Part shown: in pieces, positions 19,767 through 29,853 of the stretch | Position numbering within the stretch: the stretch's first letter is position 1 | Layout of the letters: every line of letters starts with the position of its first letter | DNA from: an uncultured Verrucomicrobiae bacterium | Lineage (GTDB): Bacteria; Verrucomicrobiota; Verrucomicrobiia; Chthoniobacterales; UBA10450 | Reading direction: 5' to 3' | Assembly: GCA_963726745.1 (NCBI GenBank) | Contig: CAVSDR010000006.1 | Coordinates: 384,001 to 448,000, forward strand | DNA: 64,000 bases | Made by a program: the position numbers and the translations under genes | Notes under the pieces: generated by a model | What the model was told of the DNA's origin: nothing | Database searches by the model: none | What the model saw: only the letters and a program-made list of their open reading frames with translations

Positions 19767-21214
19767 CCAGCAGGTTCCGCGGCGGCGGGCGCGTAGACCT
19801 GCGGCTCCCGAGCCAGCTCAGGATCCTGCAAACGCGCATCGTACACTTCCGACCAGGTTTGCTGATTCATCGCGCACATCGGGACCGCTTCCCACTGGCC
19901 GTTGCGCTTGACCGCGCCTTTGAAGACGCACGAGTCGAGGCGCGCCTGGATCACCGGATCGGAGTCGGCCCGCGCCACCTGGCTGGCGTCCATGAAGTTG
20001 TGCATCCCCACACCCAGGGTGTGGACTTTCCCCCTAACGAGTGCTGGCAAAATCTCGCGCGGAGCGTTCCGCGCGGTGAAATAGCGCACCATCTGCGCGA
20101 GCACGCGCGCCGCGAGCAGCGGATGCTGAAAGAGAATGCCGGCTAAACGGAAGGGCGGCGTGCCGGCATCGTCGTTCACCAGCGAAAGCCCGCCGATTTT
20201 CTCCAGCACCTCGCCTAACAAGCGGTCAAATTTCACGTCATCCGGGAGCAGCGGGAAGAACTTGCCCGAGGGCCGCGCGATCAGGAGCGAGGCCCAGCTA
20301 TTGCAATCGGGATGGCCAAAGATGGAAACGTCGCGCCGTAGCGGCAGGCCAGTGCCTTCGCAGATTTTCTCCCAGACATCCGCGGAGGTGATCGGCCGCT
20401 GGGAGAAAATCGTGCGCCCGGTATCCGCCTCCGGCTGGAAACTAAGCATGCGCCAGATGTAGCTGCGCTTCGGGTCGGCCAGATACCAGCGGATCACTTC
20501 CGGGACGTCGTCGATATTCCGCCGCGTGACCGTGAAGCTGAGCGCGTATTCGAGAATGCAGCCTGTTTTTTCGCGAATGCTCCAGGCGAGATCGGTGAAC
20601 GCCTGGCGCACCGGATGGAGATCGGCCTCGCATTTGATCCGGCCAATGGGATAGCCATGCCGGCCCGCCTGCGTCATGTCGACATGCACCGAGATTTGCC
20701 GCAGACCGCCTTCGAGCACGAGGCGCTCGAGAAACTCCGGATGCTCGATCAACGTCTGCCCGTGCGTCATCAACATCGGGATCGAGCCGACGGAATACGC
20801 GTAACGCACAATCTCGATCAGCTCCTCGCCGCGGCCCGATTTGTAGTAGGCATCGGCCACGTCGCCGCCGGTGATCTGCAACCCGCCGCCCGGTCCTTGC
20901 AGCCGGCGATTGGCATCGATCTGCTCCTTCACCTGCGCGAGCGACGGGATCGGGATCTCGTTCGCGTTCTTCGGCAGGTAGCAATGCGTGCAATGAAACG
21001 AGCAGTAGCTCGCGCCGAGGGTGAAGCCGCAATGCGTCAGGTGGCGTCCGGAAATCTGGTTCGGCGTGCGCAATTCCAGCGGGAGCGAGTTCCAGCGCTC
21101 GCGCAAAACCCGCGCTTTCTCCTCGTGGATCGGGTGGCGGAAGGCGTGCCAGCGCTCGGCCCAGCGGGAGCGACGCGATTCGTTAGGCGGCAAGTTCTCG
21201 GCGAGGGAAACCAT
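19763..21214 (-). CDS. Radical SAM enzyme, COG1964 / MJ0619 (Tes, GDGT-MAS)-like
   Basis: CSFHCTHC, QITGGD, SFQPEADTGR, HPDC, HNFMD, SCVF, VPMCAMN. Confidence 0.8.
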   Translation of the reverse strand: MVSLAENLPPNESRRSRWAERWHAFRHPIHEEKARVLRERWNSLPLELRTPNQISGRHLTHCGFTLGASYCSFHCTHCYLPKNANEIPIPSLAQVKEQIDANRRLQGPGGGLQITGGDVADAYYKSGRGEELIEIVRYAYSVGSIPMLMTHGQTLIEHPEFLERLVLEGGLRQISVHVDMTQAGRHGYPIGRIKCEADLHPVRQAFTDLAWSIREKTGCILEYALSFTVTRRNIDDVPEVIRWYLADPKRSYIWRMLSFQPEADTGRTIFSQRPITSADVWEKICEGTGLPLRRDVSIFGHPDCNSWASLLIARPSGKFFPLLPDDVKFDRLLGEVLEKIGGLSLVNDDAGTPPFRLAGILFQHPLLAARVLAQMVRYFTARNAPREILPALVRGKVHTLGVGMHNFMDASQVARADSDPVIQARLDSCVFKGAVKRNGQWEAVPMCAMNQQTWSEVYDARLQDPELAREPQVYAPAAAEPAG

Positions 21215-21218
21215 GTTG

Positions 21219-21995
21219 TTACTTCACTTCGTTGAGCGACCAATCGTACTCCTGATAGCCGATTTTCGCGTCCGCCGGGATCGGCGAGGTGCGGCGCTGG
21301 TTGATGAAACCAAGGACGCCTCCCTGTTTCGCAAAGTCGTCTTTGTACCAATCGAAAATCTTCGAGAGCTGCACGCTTTTCCCATCGGCCGCGAGGCGCA
21401 CGCCCCGCTCGGAGTTCACGAAACCGCGCGCGAGCTTCTCGAATTGCGCGTCGAGTTTGTCGCCGCGGAAAGGCTCCGGCTGGAGTGGCGGGCAGGAGCG
21501 GCTGGCGCAGTTGAGCGCGAAGTGCACGTTCGGATCCTGGAACTTCGAGCGGATCGTTTCCTTTTCGAGCGCGTTGAAGCTGGTCTGCTCGCCCGCGACT
21601 TTGATGCGCTTGCTGGTGAAGAAGGTGAAGAGCAGATCCTTCACGCTCTTCGTCGGATATTTTTCCAGAGCCTCGTGCAGGATCCAGGCGTTGTAGGCGT
21701 TCACGTAAAAGGCCAGCTGCTCCTTTGGGTTCATGCCCTTGATCTTCTCCTGCGCGATCCCGTCGACTACGCGCTGCAGCGCCTGCAAGTCGCCCGGGTT
21801 GCTCTTCCACTGCGCGTAGCGCACGCCGCCCGGCGTGGCGTATTTCTCCAGGAGACGTCCGTAGTCCGACACCCACGATGCCTCCGCCGCGTTGGTCGTG
21901 GTCGGCTTGGCGCCCGCGGTCGCCGGCGCCGTGGCCGGGGCAGTCGCGCAGGAGGCGAGCACGACAAAACAGGCCAGCTGAGTGAGCGTCTTCAT
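21219..21995 (-). CDS. DUF547 domain lipoprotein
   Basis: Lipobox VLASC, LAFYVNAYNA, HFALNCASRSCPPL, SKIFDWYKDDF, YDWSLN. Confidence 0.9.
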   Translation of the reverse strand: MKTLTQLACFVVLASCATAPATAPATAGAKPTTTNAAEASWVSDYGRLLEKYATPGGVRYAQWKSNPGDLQALQRVVDGIAQEKIKGMNPKEQLAFYVNAYNAWILHEALEKYPTKSVKDLLFTFFTSKRIKVAGEQTSFNALEKETIRSKFQDPNVHFALNCASRSCPPLQPEPFRGDKLDAQFEKLARGFVNSERGVRLAADGKSVQLSKIFDWYKDDFAKQGGVLGFINQRRTSPIPADAKIGYQEYDWSLNEVK

Positions 21996-22085
21996 CGCAG
22001 GCGATTTCGCACCGGAGCGTTCGCGGGGGCAAGAGCAATCTACTGCAGGCATCTGCCGTTGTCCGCACCACGACCGCGCTTGGAT

Positions 22086-23247
22086 TCAACCGCGCGCGAG
22101 GATTTCGGCCAAGGCGGCGACGTTGCGTTCCAGGGAAAACTTCTCCGCGGCCCGTTCCCGGCCAGCCGCCCCGAGCGCGCGGGCCCGCTCGGGATTAGCC
22201 AACAAGCTGGCCAGCGCGTCGGCCAGCGCGGGGGGATTGCGGTCTGGCACCAGCAGGCCGGTCGCGTCTGGCAGGACCATCTCGGGCACGCCCGCGAGCG
22301 GCGTCGAGACTACCGGCAAGCCCGCGGCCATCGCTTCCATGATCACCGTGGGCAGGTTGTCCATCCCGCCGTCTGTTTCCGTGGTGCACGGGAGCGCGAA
22401 GAGATGCGCCGCGGCCAGGCGCTCGGTGATTTCCGCCTGCGAACGCGCGCCGAGGAACTCCACGCCCTCGACGGCCTGCGCCACGAGCGTCTCGCGCAAC
22501 GGACCTTCGCCGATGATCTCGCAGCGAAATTCCACCCCGCGCTCCCGCAGGAGCGCACAGGCCGCGAGCAGGTCGGCAAAACCTTTTTTCTCGATCAACC
22601 GGCCCACCGAGAGGATGCGCGGGATCGTCCCGGAAAAGTCCGCCGACACGAAAGCGTTCCAGCTCCACGCCGTTATAGACTCGGTGAACTTTGCCGGCAC
22701 TTTCCGGGAAGCGTTCCCGCAACTGCCGCGCGGAAAAGTCGCTCACGGTGACGATCGCGCGCGCTGCGGCAAAGATGCGCGCCAGGCTAACGACAAAGTC
22801 TCGCGGCGCGAAAATGTCGTTCGCGTGCGCTGTCAGGCTAAACTCGATCCCGAAAAACTCGTGCAGCCAAAACGCGGTGCGCGCGGCCATGCCGGCAAAG
22901 TGCGCATGGACCCGCGCGAGGCCCGCGCTTTGCATTCGCAAGCCCACGTACGCCGCCTGGTAAAGGCGGAGGAAATCCGGCTGCCGGCCCCAGCTCTTCA
23001 GCGCCTGCCGGACGGCGCGCGGCAGCTCGGCCCGCTGCACTTCCTTTACCAGGACCGCCTCCTCCGGGAGGTACTGCACCCGGGCCAGCACCGCCGGGTC
23101 CCAGGCTTCCGGCGGTTCATCCTTAGGCTGCCGGATCGAGAACACGGAGACCTCGACGCCTTGCCGGAGGAGCTCCGCGACTTCGCGATACGTGAAATTT
23201 TGCCCGAACGACGGGAAGCGTTCGAAAAGGTAAGCCACGCGCAGCAC
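22086..23247 (-). CDS. GT4 glycosyltransferase, WcaL-like (frameshift near 22652)
   Basis: RVAYLFERFP, HAHFA, TAHANDIF, then SVGRLIEKKG, DNLPTVIMEAMAAG. Confidence 0.88.
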
Positions 23248-23307
23248 GGCCAGACCTTAGCGGAAGATCGCCGCGGGTGAAGCACGCCTCTTGCTCAAGA
23301 GGATACG

Positions 23308-24333
23308 ATGCCGGGCCAGGATTTTTTTGCCTACTGCACGTCGCTCCAGCCGCTGGAACGCCGGCAGCTTGGCCTGCTCTCGAGCGTGCGGCATTTTGCC
23401 GGCACCGAGCCGATCTATCGCGCGGGCGAAAAAAGCGACACCCTCTACATCATCAACCGCGGGATGGTCGAGGTGCTGACAGATGAAGCCGGCTCGGCCC
23501 GGGGCGCGACCTACCTTTCGCGCGGCGATATTTTTGGCGATCTCGAGTTGCTCACGGAGCTCCCGCGGCAGCACGAGGTGCGCGCCTGCGAAGGCGTGAG
23601 CCTGCAGGTCTTCCAACGTCGCGATTTCCCCGAGCTGGAACGCCGCTTGCCCTCGTTCTTTCGCTATCTTTCGCAACAACTCGCGGGCCGGCTCCTGCAG
23701 GCGCGCGACCTCGCGCTCGCGCGGAGCCATTGTCGGGAATTAAGCGGCAGCTTGAGCAATTTCGACCTGGTCACGATCTTCCAGACGATCGCGAATTCCT
23801 CGCAAACCGGCGCGCTCTCGATCCGCGACGAAGCCGGGCGCCTGGCCGCCGCGTTTGCCTTCGAGAAGGGCCAGCCGCTCGGCGGCACCTTCGAGCATCT
23901 CCGGGGGCGGGAAGCCTTCGTCCAGCTGTTCCTCGCCACCGGCCAGCGCGGTTCATTTTCCTTCACCACCGAGGACGAGCTCGCGCAGCGCCCAGCCGTG
24001 GGCGAAGAACTCGGCCTGCCGCTCAACCAGCTCTTGATCGAGGCGCTGCGGGCGCGCGACGAATTTGAGGAGCTGCGTCCAACCCTGGTCGCCCCGGAGG
24101 CGCCGTTGCGGCGCGCCGTGCCGGACCTCGCGCTCACAGACGAACTCGGCCCACTCCGCCCCGTGGCCAAGCGCATCTGGGCGCAGACCGCCAAAGCGCG
24201 GCCGAACTTGCGCGCGCTTTACCACGAAGGCGCTGTCTGCGAATTAAAGATCTTCCGGGCGGTGCAATGGCTCCTGCGCACCGGCCACTTGCAAACCGAA
24301 GCCGCCACGCCCGAACCTGTCTCTGCCCGATGA
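23308..24333 (+). CDS. Cyclic-nucleotide-binding domain plus DUF4388 (PatA-N-like) protein
   Basis: LYIINRGMVEV...GDIFGDLELL...PR (cNMP fold), then LSGSLSNFDLVTIFQTIANSSQTGAL (DUF4388 pattern). Confidence 0.78.
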   Translation: MPGQDFFAYCTSLQPLERRQLGLLSSVRHFAGTEPIYRAGEKSDTLYIINRGMVEVLTDEAGSARGATYLSRGDIFGDLELLTELPRQHEVRACEGVSLQVFQRRDFPELERRLPSFFRYLSQQLAGRLLQARDLALARSHCRELSGSLSNFDLVTIFQTIANSSQTGALSIRDEAGRLAAAFAFEKGQPLGGTFEHLRGREAFVQLFLATGQRGSFSFTTEDELAQRPAVGEELGLPLNQLLIEALRARDEFEELRPTLVAPEAPLRRAVPDLALTDELGPLRPVAKRIWAQTAKARPNLRALYHEGAVCELKIFRAVQWLLRTGHLQTEAATPEPVSAR

Positions 24334-24578
24334 AAACTTTTACCCGCCTTCTCCTCCTCGCCGCGCTCCTGCCCTTGAGCAGTTGTTCGCATTTCTCGCA
24401 ATCGAACCGCCAGCAGCGGGCCTACGCGAAGTATGTCCGCAACTCGAGCGTGACCCGGGCGCGCCAGCAGGTGAAATATCGCAAGTCCAAGGCGGTGGTG
24501 CCGCCGGCGGGGCAGCCGAGCGAACGCTCGATCAGCGCCGAGAGCGGACCGCAGGCGATGGGCTCCGACGGGCAGTAG
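24330..24578 (+). CDS. Small basic lipoprotein
   Basis: MKTFTRLLLLAALLPLSSC lipoprotein signal. ATGA overlap with the upstream stop. Confidence 0.65.
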   Translation: MKTFTRLLLLAALLPLSSCSHFSQSNRQQRAYAKYVRNSSVTRARQQVKYRKSKAVVPPAGQPSERSISAESGPQAMGSDGQ

Positions 24579-24581
24579 CGA

Positions 24582-24971
24582 TTACTCGTTAGGCCGCTCG
24601 ACCGGCGTGGGTCGCCCGTCCTCGCCCAGGGCCACGTAGGTGAAGACCGCGTGCGTGACCAGGATTTGGTCGCCGCTCATGTAGCGCTCGACCCACACTT
24701 CCACCGGGATGCGCATGGAAGTGCGGCCGATTTTTTCCACCCAGGCGTAGCAGGCCACGCGGTCGCCCACCCGCACCGGCTCGAGGAAAGACATCCCGTC
24801 CATCGCCACCGTGACCACGCGGCTGCGCGCGGTCTTGAGCGCGAGGATGCTGCTGCCCAGATCCATTTGCGACATGATCCAGCCGCCAAAAATATCGCCG
24901 CTCGGATTCGTGTCCGCGGGCATCGCGATCGTGCGGATCACGAGCTCGCCCTTTGGCTTCCGGGTTTCCAT
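24582..24971 (-). CDS. yciA: Acyl-CoA thioesterase (YciA family)
   Basis: AMPADTNPSGDIFGGWIMSQMD hot-dog motif. Confidence 0.92.
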   Translation of the reverse strand: METRKPKGELVIRTIAMPADTNPSGDIFGGWIMSQMDLGSSILALKTARSRVVTVAMDGMSFLEPVRVGDRVACYAWVEKIGRTSMRIPVEVWVERYMSGDQILVTHAVFTYVALGEDGRPTPVERPNE

Positions 24972-25952
24972 CTAGAGAATGAGCATGCAATCGCCGTAGC
25001 TGTAAAAGCGATAGCCCGCGGCGATCGCCTGCGCGTAGGCCTCGAGGATGAAATCGCGCCCGGCAAACGCGCTCACCAGCATGAGCAAGGTCGACTTCGG
25101 CAGGTGGAAATTAGTCAGCAAGCTGTCGGCCCGCTGCACCTGCATGGGCGGGTAGATAAAGATGTCGGTGCTGCCGTCCTGCGGGATGATTTTCCCGTGC
25201 ACGCGCTTTGCCGCCTCGAGCACGCGCACGCTCGTCGTCCCGATCGCCACGATGCGCTCCGCGGCGTTGATCTTCGCCGCTGCCGCTTGGCCGATGGAGA
25301 AGCGCTCCGAGTGCATCGCGTGCTCCTCGATTCGCTCGACTTTCACCGGCTGAAAAGTCCCCTGCCCCACATGCAGGGTGATGAAGGTGTGCGGTAATTT
25401 CGCCAGCATTTCCTCCGTGAAATGCAGCCCCGCGGTCGGCGCCGCGACTGCGCCCGGCACATCCGCGAAGACCGTTTGGTAACGCTCGCGATCTTCCGCA
25501 TCGGCCGCGCGATGCATGTACGGCGGGAGCGGAATCAGCCCGCCCTGGTCGAGCGCGACGTCGCTCGCGAAGTGCACCAGGCGGCTGCCATCCGGCAGGA
25601 TCTCGCGCACGCGCGCCTCGGTTGCGTTCACCAGGCAGGTCGCGCCTACGCGCATCTTCCGGCCGGGCTTGACCAGGCAGCGCCATTCGCCGGGCGCGAG
25701 CTTTTCCAGGAAGAGAAACTCGACCGCGCCGTCATCCGAGAAACGCCGGGCCGCGATCACGCGCGCGTTATTCAAGACCAGCAAATCGCCCGGCTGGAGG
25801 AAGCTCGCGAGCTCGCGGAACTGGCGGTGCTCGATCGTCTGCGTCGCGCGGTGCAGCACCATCATGCGCGAGTCCTCCCGGCGCGGGAGCGGGCGCTGCG
25901 CGATCAAATGCTCGGGCAGGTGGTAATCGTAATCGCTCAGGAGCTGGCTCAT
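24972..25952 (-). CDS. queA: S-adenosylmethionine:tRNA ribosyltransferase-isomerase
   Basis: PLPPY, YQTVFA, AAPTAGLHF, TNFHLPKSTL, YSYGD. Confidence 0.97.
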   Translation of the reverse strand: MSQLLSDYDYHLPEHLIAQRPLPRREDSRMMVLHRATQTIEHRQFRELASFLQPGDLLVLNNARVIAARRFSDDGAVEFLFLEKLAPGEWRCLVKPGRKMRVGATCLVNATEARVREILPDGSRLVHFASDVALDQGGLIPLPPYMHRAADAEDRERYQTVFADVPGAVAAPTAGLHFTEEMLAKLPHTFITLHVGQGTFQPVKVERIEEHAMHSERFSIGQAAAAKINAAERIVAIGTTSVRVLEAAKRVHGKIIPQDGSTDIFIYPPMQVQRADSLLTNFHLPKSTLLMLVSAFAGRDFILEAYAQAIAAGYRFYSYGDCMLIL

Positions 25953-25999
25953 GACATTCTTCGCATTGCGGCGCGCAGGAAAAGCTCACAACATCCGGC

Positions 26000-26755
26000 A
26001 TGGATCAATTCCAATCTGCCCTCGGCCTGGTGCTCGATCGCCTCGAGCAGGTGCGCGCCGGCGGTGGACGCTGGCCGCGCGCCTCGCGCAAGGTGCTGGC
26101 TAATTTTCTCGAAAGCGCGCCGCCGGCCCCCGCGGGCAAAAGCGAGCGGCTCGAAGAAGTGCGCGCGCGCGTGGCCGCCTGCGATCTCTGCGCCCATCTC
26201 GCCAGCAGCCGCACGCAGACGGTTTTCGGCGCGGGCAATCCCGACGCCGAGCTCATGTTCATCGGCGAAGCGCCGGGTGCGGACGAGGACCGGCAAGGCG
26301 AGCCGTTCGTCGGTCGCGCCGGGGAAATGCTCACAAAAATCATCCAGGCGATGGGCTTCCAACGCGAGGAGGTTTACATCGCGAACGTGCTCAAGTCGCG
26401 CCCCGACATGCCCGAAGGCGCGCCGGGAAATCGGCCGCCCACGCCGGAGGAGATGCAGCATTGCCTGCCCTTCCTCATCGAACAGATCCGCATCGTGCAG
26501 CCAAAGGTGTTGGTCGCGCTCGGTGCGACCGCGGTCGAAGGTCTGCTCGGCCAGCGTCACCCGATGCACAGCGTCCGCGGGAAGTGGCAGGCGTTCGAGG
26601 AAACGCCGCTCATGATCACTTTCCACCCGGCCTACCTCCTGCGCAGCCAGTCGTTAGGCGAAAAGCGCAAGCTCTGGGAAGACATGCTCCTCGTCCTGGA
26701 AAAACTCGGCCGCCCAATCACGGAAAAGCAGCGGCGCTTTTTCCTGGAACGTTAA
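26000..26755 (+). CDS. Uracil-DNA glycosylase, family 4
   Basis: [33 protein letters not shown]. Confidence 0.93.
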   Translation: MDQFQSALGLVLDRLEQVRAGGGRWPRASRKVLANFLESAPPAPAGKSERLEEVRARVAACDLCAHLASSRTQTVFGAGNPDAELMFIGEAPGADEDRQGEPFVGRAGEMLTKIIQAMGFQREEVYIANVLKSRPDMPEGAPGNRPPTPEEMQHCLPFLIEQIRIVQPKVLVALGATAVEGLLGQRHPMHSVRGKWQAFEETPLMITFHPAYLLRSQSLGEKRKLWEDMLLVLEKLGRPITEKQRRFFLER

Positions 26756-27660
26756 GCATTCCGCAAGTCGCGGAAGCTGCGGCGGATGGCGCGCGGATGC
26801 GCCAAAGTAACCAGCATTTTGCACAGGACCGCGCGCACTTCGCTCCGCGGCATTTTGATCTTTCGCTGGCGGATTTCCGGTCCGGCTGCGCGCAATAAGG
26901 CCAGCGTCCGCGCGCCGATCAAGGCCGGCAAAACGGTGGCCAGGCGCAGCCGAAACGAGCGCAGCGCGCAGGAATATTCCACGCCGGCGGCGAGACCCTC
27001 TTCGGCCCGCGCGAGCCACGGCGCAGGAGCGCCATCCGGGAGGTAGGAACGCCCGGCAGCAAGATCCGCCGGGAGGTCGCGCAGGATGTTGATCAATTGC
27101 AGCCCTTTCCCGTAGGCGATCCCCAGCCGCACCATTTCGGCGGGTGGTTTGGTTGCGAAATTCGGCAAATGAAGCGCGCAGATCTTGCTCCAAAATTCGC
27201 CGACCGCTCCGGCCACGAGATAAGTGTAGCGCTCGAGCTCCGCTGCGGTCTGCACCTCCCCGCGTTGCAGGTCGAGCATCTGGCCTTCGGTGATGTGCCG
27301 GAGCACGTCCCGGATTTCGCGTTGCTCGACTGCGGACAGACGATGCAGCCAGGCGAGCACTTCCGGGACGGCCTCGAGCAGCGCGCGCTCCGAGGGATTG
27401 CTCTGCCGCTGCGCGAACCTGGTAAACGACATCTCGCTGCCTAACGACTCGTCTTGGATCAGGCGCGCCAGTCGCTGCAGTTCTGCCTCTCGCAGTTCCA
27501 CCTCGATCGCCACCGTGTCGGCCAGCGTATCGGTCGCCCGCGCCAACAGATACGCCACCGCGATCGGGTCGCGCAGTTTCGCCGGAAGCAGCCGAATCGA
27601 GAGATAGAAGGAGCGCGAGACCGCGCGCAGGATCGGCCCGCGTAGTTTCGCGCGCTTCAT
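26752..27660 (-). CDS. Squalene/phytoene synthase family protein
   Basis: VSRSFYLSI, AYLLARATDTLAD, YLVAGAVGEFW, LQLINILRD, GRSYLP. Confidence 0.88.
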   Translation of the reverse strand: MKRAKLRGPILRAVSRSFYLSIRLLPAKLRDPIAVAYLLARATDTLADTVAIEVELREAELQRLARLIQDESLGSEMSFTRFAQRQSNPSERALLEAVPEVLAWLHRLSAVEQREIRDVLRHITEGQMLDLQRGEVQTAAELERYTYLVAGAVGEFWSKICALHLPNFATKPPAEMVRLGIAYGKGLQLINILRDLPADLAAGRSYLPDGAPAPWLARAEEGLAAGVEYSCALRSFRLRLATVLPALIGARTLALLRAAGPEIRQRKIKMPRSEVRAVLCKMLVTLAHPRAIRRSFRDLRNA

Positions 27661-28694
27661 CGTCCGACCTCCCGCACCGGGATGCGCGCCGGATCGGCTT
27701 CGCCCAACCCGAGTGCGCCGGCCGCGGCCACGTGCCCCGCCTGTTCTTCGAGCGCTGGAAGGTGCGCCCCGCGGCGCAATTGCTCCAGGCGCGCGAGCGC
27801 GAGCGTGTCGATCGCCACCGGGTCGCGGCTGGCGAAGAGCGTGGCCTCGTGCACCGCGTAGTTTGGCTGCGACTCGGGACCGTCGGCGTAAGCCGCGACC
27901 AGGCCGTCCATCAAGTGCAGCACGACTTTCTTGGCGATCGCCGGCTCGGCATAAACTCCGGCGAGCGCGCTCGCGCTCACCCGGCCGTATTGGGTGTAGC
28001 GCCGGCTGTTATCGATGTTCGGCAAAGTCATGTTGTAGAGGCAGCCGGCCACTCCGGTGGTTTCGCTCGCGCTCAGCACCGGAAGGTTGATCACCTTCGT
28101 CACCTGCTGCGTGAGGATCTTTGCCAGGTGGCTTTCGTTGCTCGTGTTCTCGGTTTCGCTGGAGATCGGATTGGCGCCGAAATGCGGCACGTAACGCAGG
28201 TCGCCCCAGATTAATTTTCCGAGCAAGGGCGATGTGATCGCGGCCGTGCCGTCGTAGCCAGTCCGCGGCTCGATCCCCACGAGTCGGTAACCATTGGCTC
28301 GATAGCCAGCAGCCTTGGCCCCTTCGATTTGTCGGTCCCAGACGATGATGTTTTCCGCGGGAACGCCGGCCGCGCGCAGGCCGGCCACGACCGCCTCCAC
28401 CACCGCCGCATGCGTAGTGAAGAGCTCGCCACCCGCGGCGCAAACCTTGAGGCCTACTTTGTCTTTTGGATCCACCAGCGTGCGCCAGGCGGCACCGATC
28501 TCGCGCGCGCCCGTGAGCGCGAGCAGCAGGCGATCGACCATCCCGCGGACCACCGCGCGATCGACCTGGTATTGCCGGATCGCCGCCGGATCGCGCGCTA
28601 CGAAGACCGGCGCCGGCACCGCTTCCGCGGGAAGAATGCCGGCAAAAAAAGCGAGGGCGCAGGCCGCGATCGGCAAGATAGTGGAGCGATGCAA
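27657..28694 (-). CDS. DUF362-like exported protein
   Basis: Signal-like N-terminus ending AEA, DKVGLKV, IIVWDR, KVINLPVL, SRDPVAID. Start approximate (TTG 28694). Confidence 0.7.
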   Translation of the reverse strand: MHRSTILPIAACALAFFAGILPAEAVPAPVFVARDPAAIRQYQVDRAVVRGMVDRLLLALTGAREIGAAWRTLVDPKDKVGLKVCAAGGELFTTHAAVVEAVVAGLRAAGVPAENIIVWDRQIEGAKAAGYRANGYRLVGIEPRTGYDGTAAITSPLLGKLIWGDLRYVPHFGANPISSETENTSNESHLAKILTQQVTKVINLPVLSASETTGVAGCLYNMTLPNIDNSRRYTQYGRVSASALAGVYAEPAIAKKVVLHLMDGLVAAYADGPESQPNYAVHEATLFASRDPVAIDTLALARLEQLRRGAHLPALEEQAGHVAAAGALGLGEADPARIPVREVGR

Positions 28695-29846
28695 AGCGCG
28701 GCCAACTTCCAACGCTCCCCCTCGCCCGTCCAACGGGGAGAACGCGGACCGGTGCGCCATCTCTATGTGCATATTCCCTTCTGCGCGCGCATCTGCCCGT
28801 ATTGCGCCTTTTACAAGGAGCGCGCCGATCCCGCGCAAACGCAGCGTTTCTGCGAGGCGCTGCTTTTGGAACTCGAAGGCCTCAGGGCCGCGCATCCGCT
28901 CGCGCCGGAGACGATCTTTTTCGGCGGCGGCACGCCGACCGCGCTCAGCACCGCGCAGCTGGAGTTTCTCCTTGGCGGATTTAGCCAGCAACTTGACCTC
29001 ACGCGCCTGGCCGAGTGGACCATGGAAGCGAATCCCGGGAGCATCTCGCCGCGCAAAGCGGAGGCGTTGCGCGCGGCCGGGATCACGCGCCTGAGCCTGG
29101 GCGTGCAATCGTGGGACGACGGCCTCCTGCAGCTGCTCGGCCGGGAGCACAACGCCGCGCAGGCCGAGCTTTCGTTTCACCTCTTGCGCGCGGCCGGCCA
29201 CCGGAATTTAAACATCGATTTGATGTTCGGGTTGCCCGGGCAAACGCTCGCGCAATGGGAAGCGACGCTCCTGAAAACCGTCTCGTTAGGCCCGGAACAT
29301 GTCTCCGCCTATTGCCTGACCTACGAGGAGGACACGGAGTTTTTCCGGCGCCAGGCGCGCGGCGAATACCGGCAGGACGAGTCGAGCGATGCGCGCTTTT
29401 TCGAAACGACCATGCGCACCCTGGAGGCGGCCGGGTATCGGCAATACGAGATCTCGAATTACGCGCGGCCGGGCTACGAATCGGTGCACAACCGCGGCTA
29501 TTGGAGCGGCGCGGATTATCTCGGCGTGGGGCCGAGCGCCTTCTCCACGATCGGGCTCGAGCGCCGGCAAAACGTGGCCGATTACCGGATCTACAGCGAC
29601 CGGGTGCATGCGGGCGAAAGCCCGGTCGCTTCGGTCGAGCCGCTCACGCCGGAAATGAAGCGCGGGGAACAGATCGCCCTGCTCCTGCGCACCCGCGAGG
29701 GCGTGCCGCAGGAGTGGCTCGACGCGTGGCCTAACGAGTGCACGGAGTTTCGCGAGCTGGGGTTGCTCGCGGAATTAGACAGCCATTTCATCCTCACGGA
29801 AAAAGGCAAGCTGCTGGCCGACACCGTGGCCGCGGCCTTCGTGTGA
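28689..29846 (+). CDS. hemW: Radical SAM heme chaperone HemW (HemN-like)
   Basis: HLYVHIPFCARICPYCAF, FGGGTP, EANP, RLSLGVQS, YEISNYA. Start ATG 28689 or GTG 28752. Confidence 0.92.
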   Translation: MQSAANFQRSPSPVQRGERGPVRHLYVHIPFCARICPYCAFYKERADPAQTQRFCEALLLELEGLRAAHPLAPETIFFGGGTPTALSTAQLEFLLGGFSQQLDLTRLAEWTMEANPGSISPRKAEALRAAGITRLSLGVQSWDDGLLQLLGREHNAAQAELSFHLLRAAGHRNLNIDLMFGLPGQTLAQWEATLLKTVSLGPEHVSAYCLTYEEDTEFFRRQARGEYRQDESSDARFFETTMRTLEAAGYRQYEISNYARPGYESVHNRGYWSGADYLGVGPSAFSTIGLERRQNVADYRIYSDRVHAGESPVASVEPLTPEMKRGEQIALLLRTREGVPQEWLDAWPNECTEFRELGLLAELDSHFILTEKGKLLADTVAAAFV

Positions 29847-29853
29847 GCCCTCG

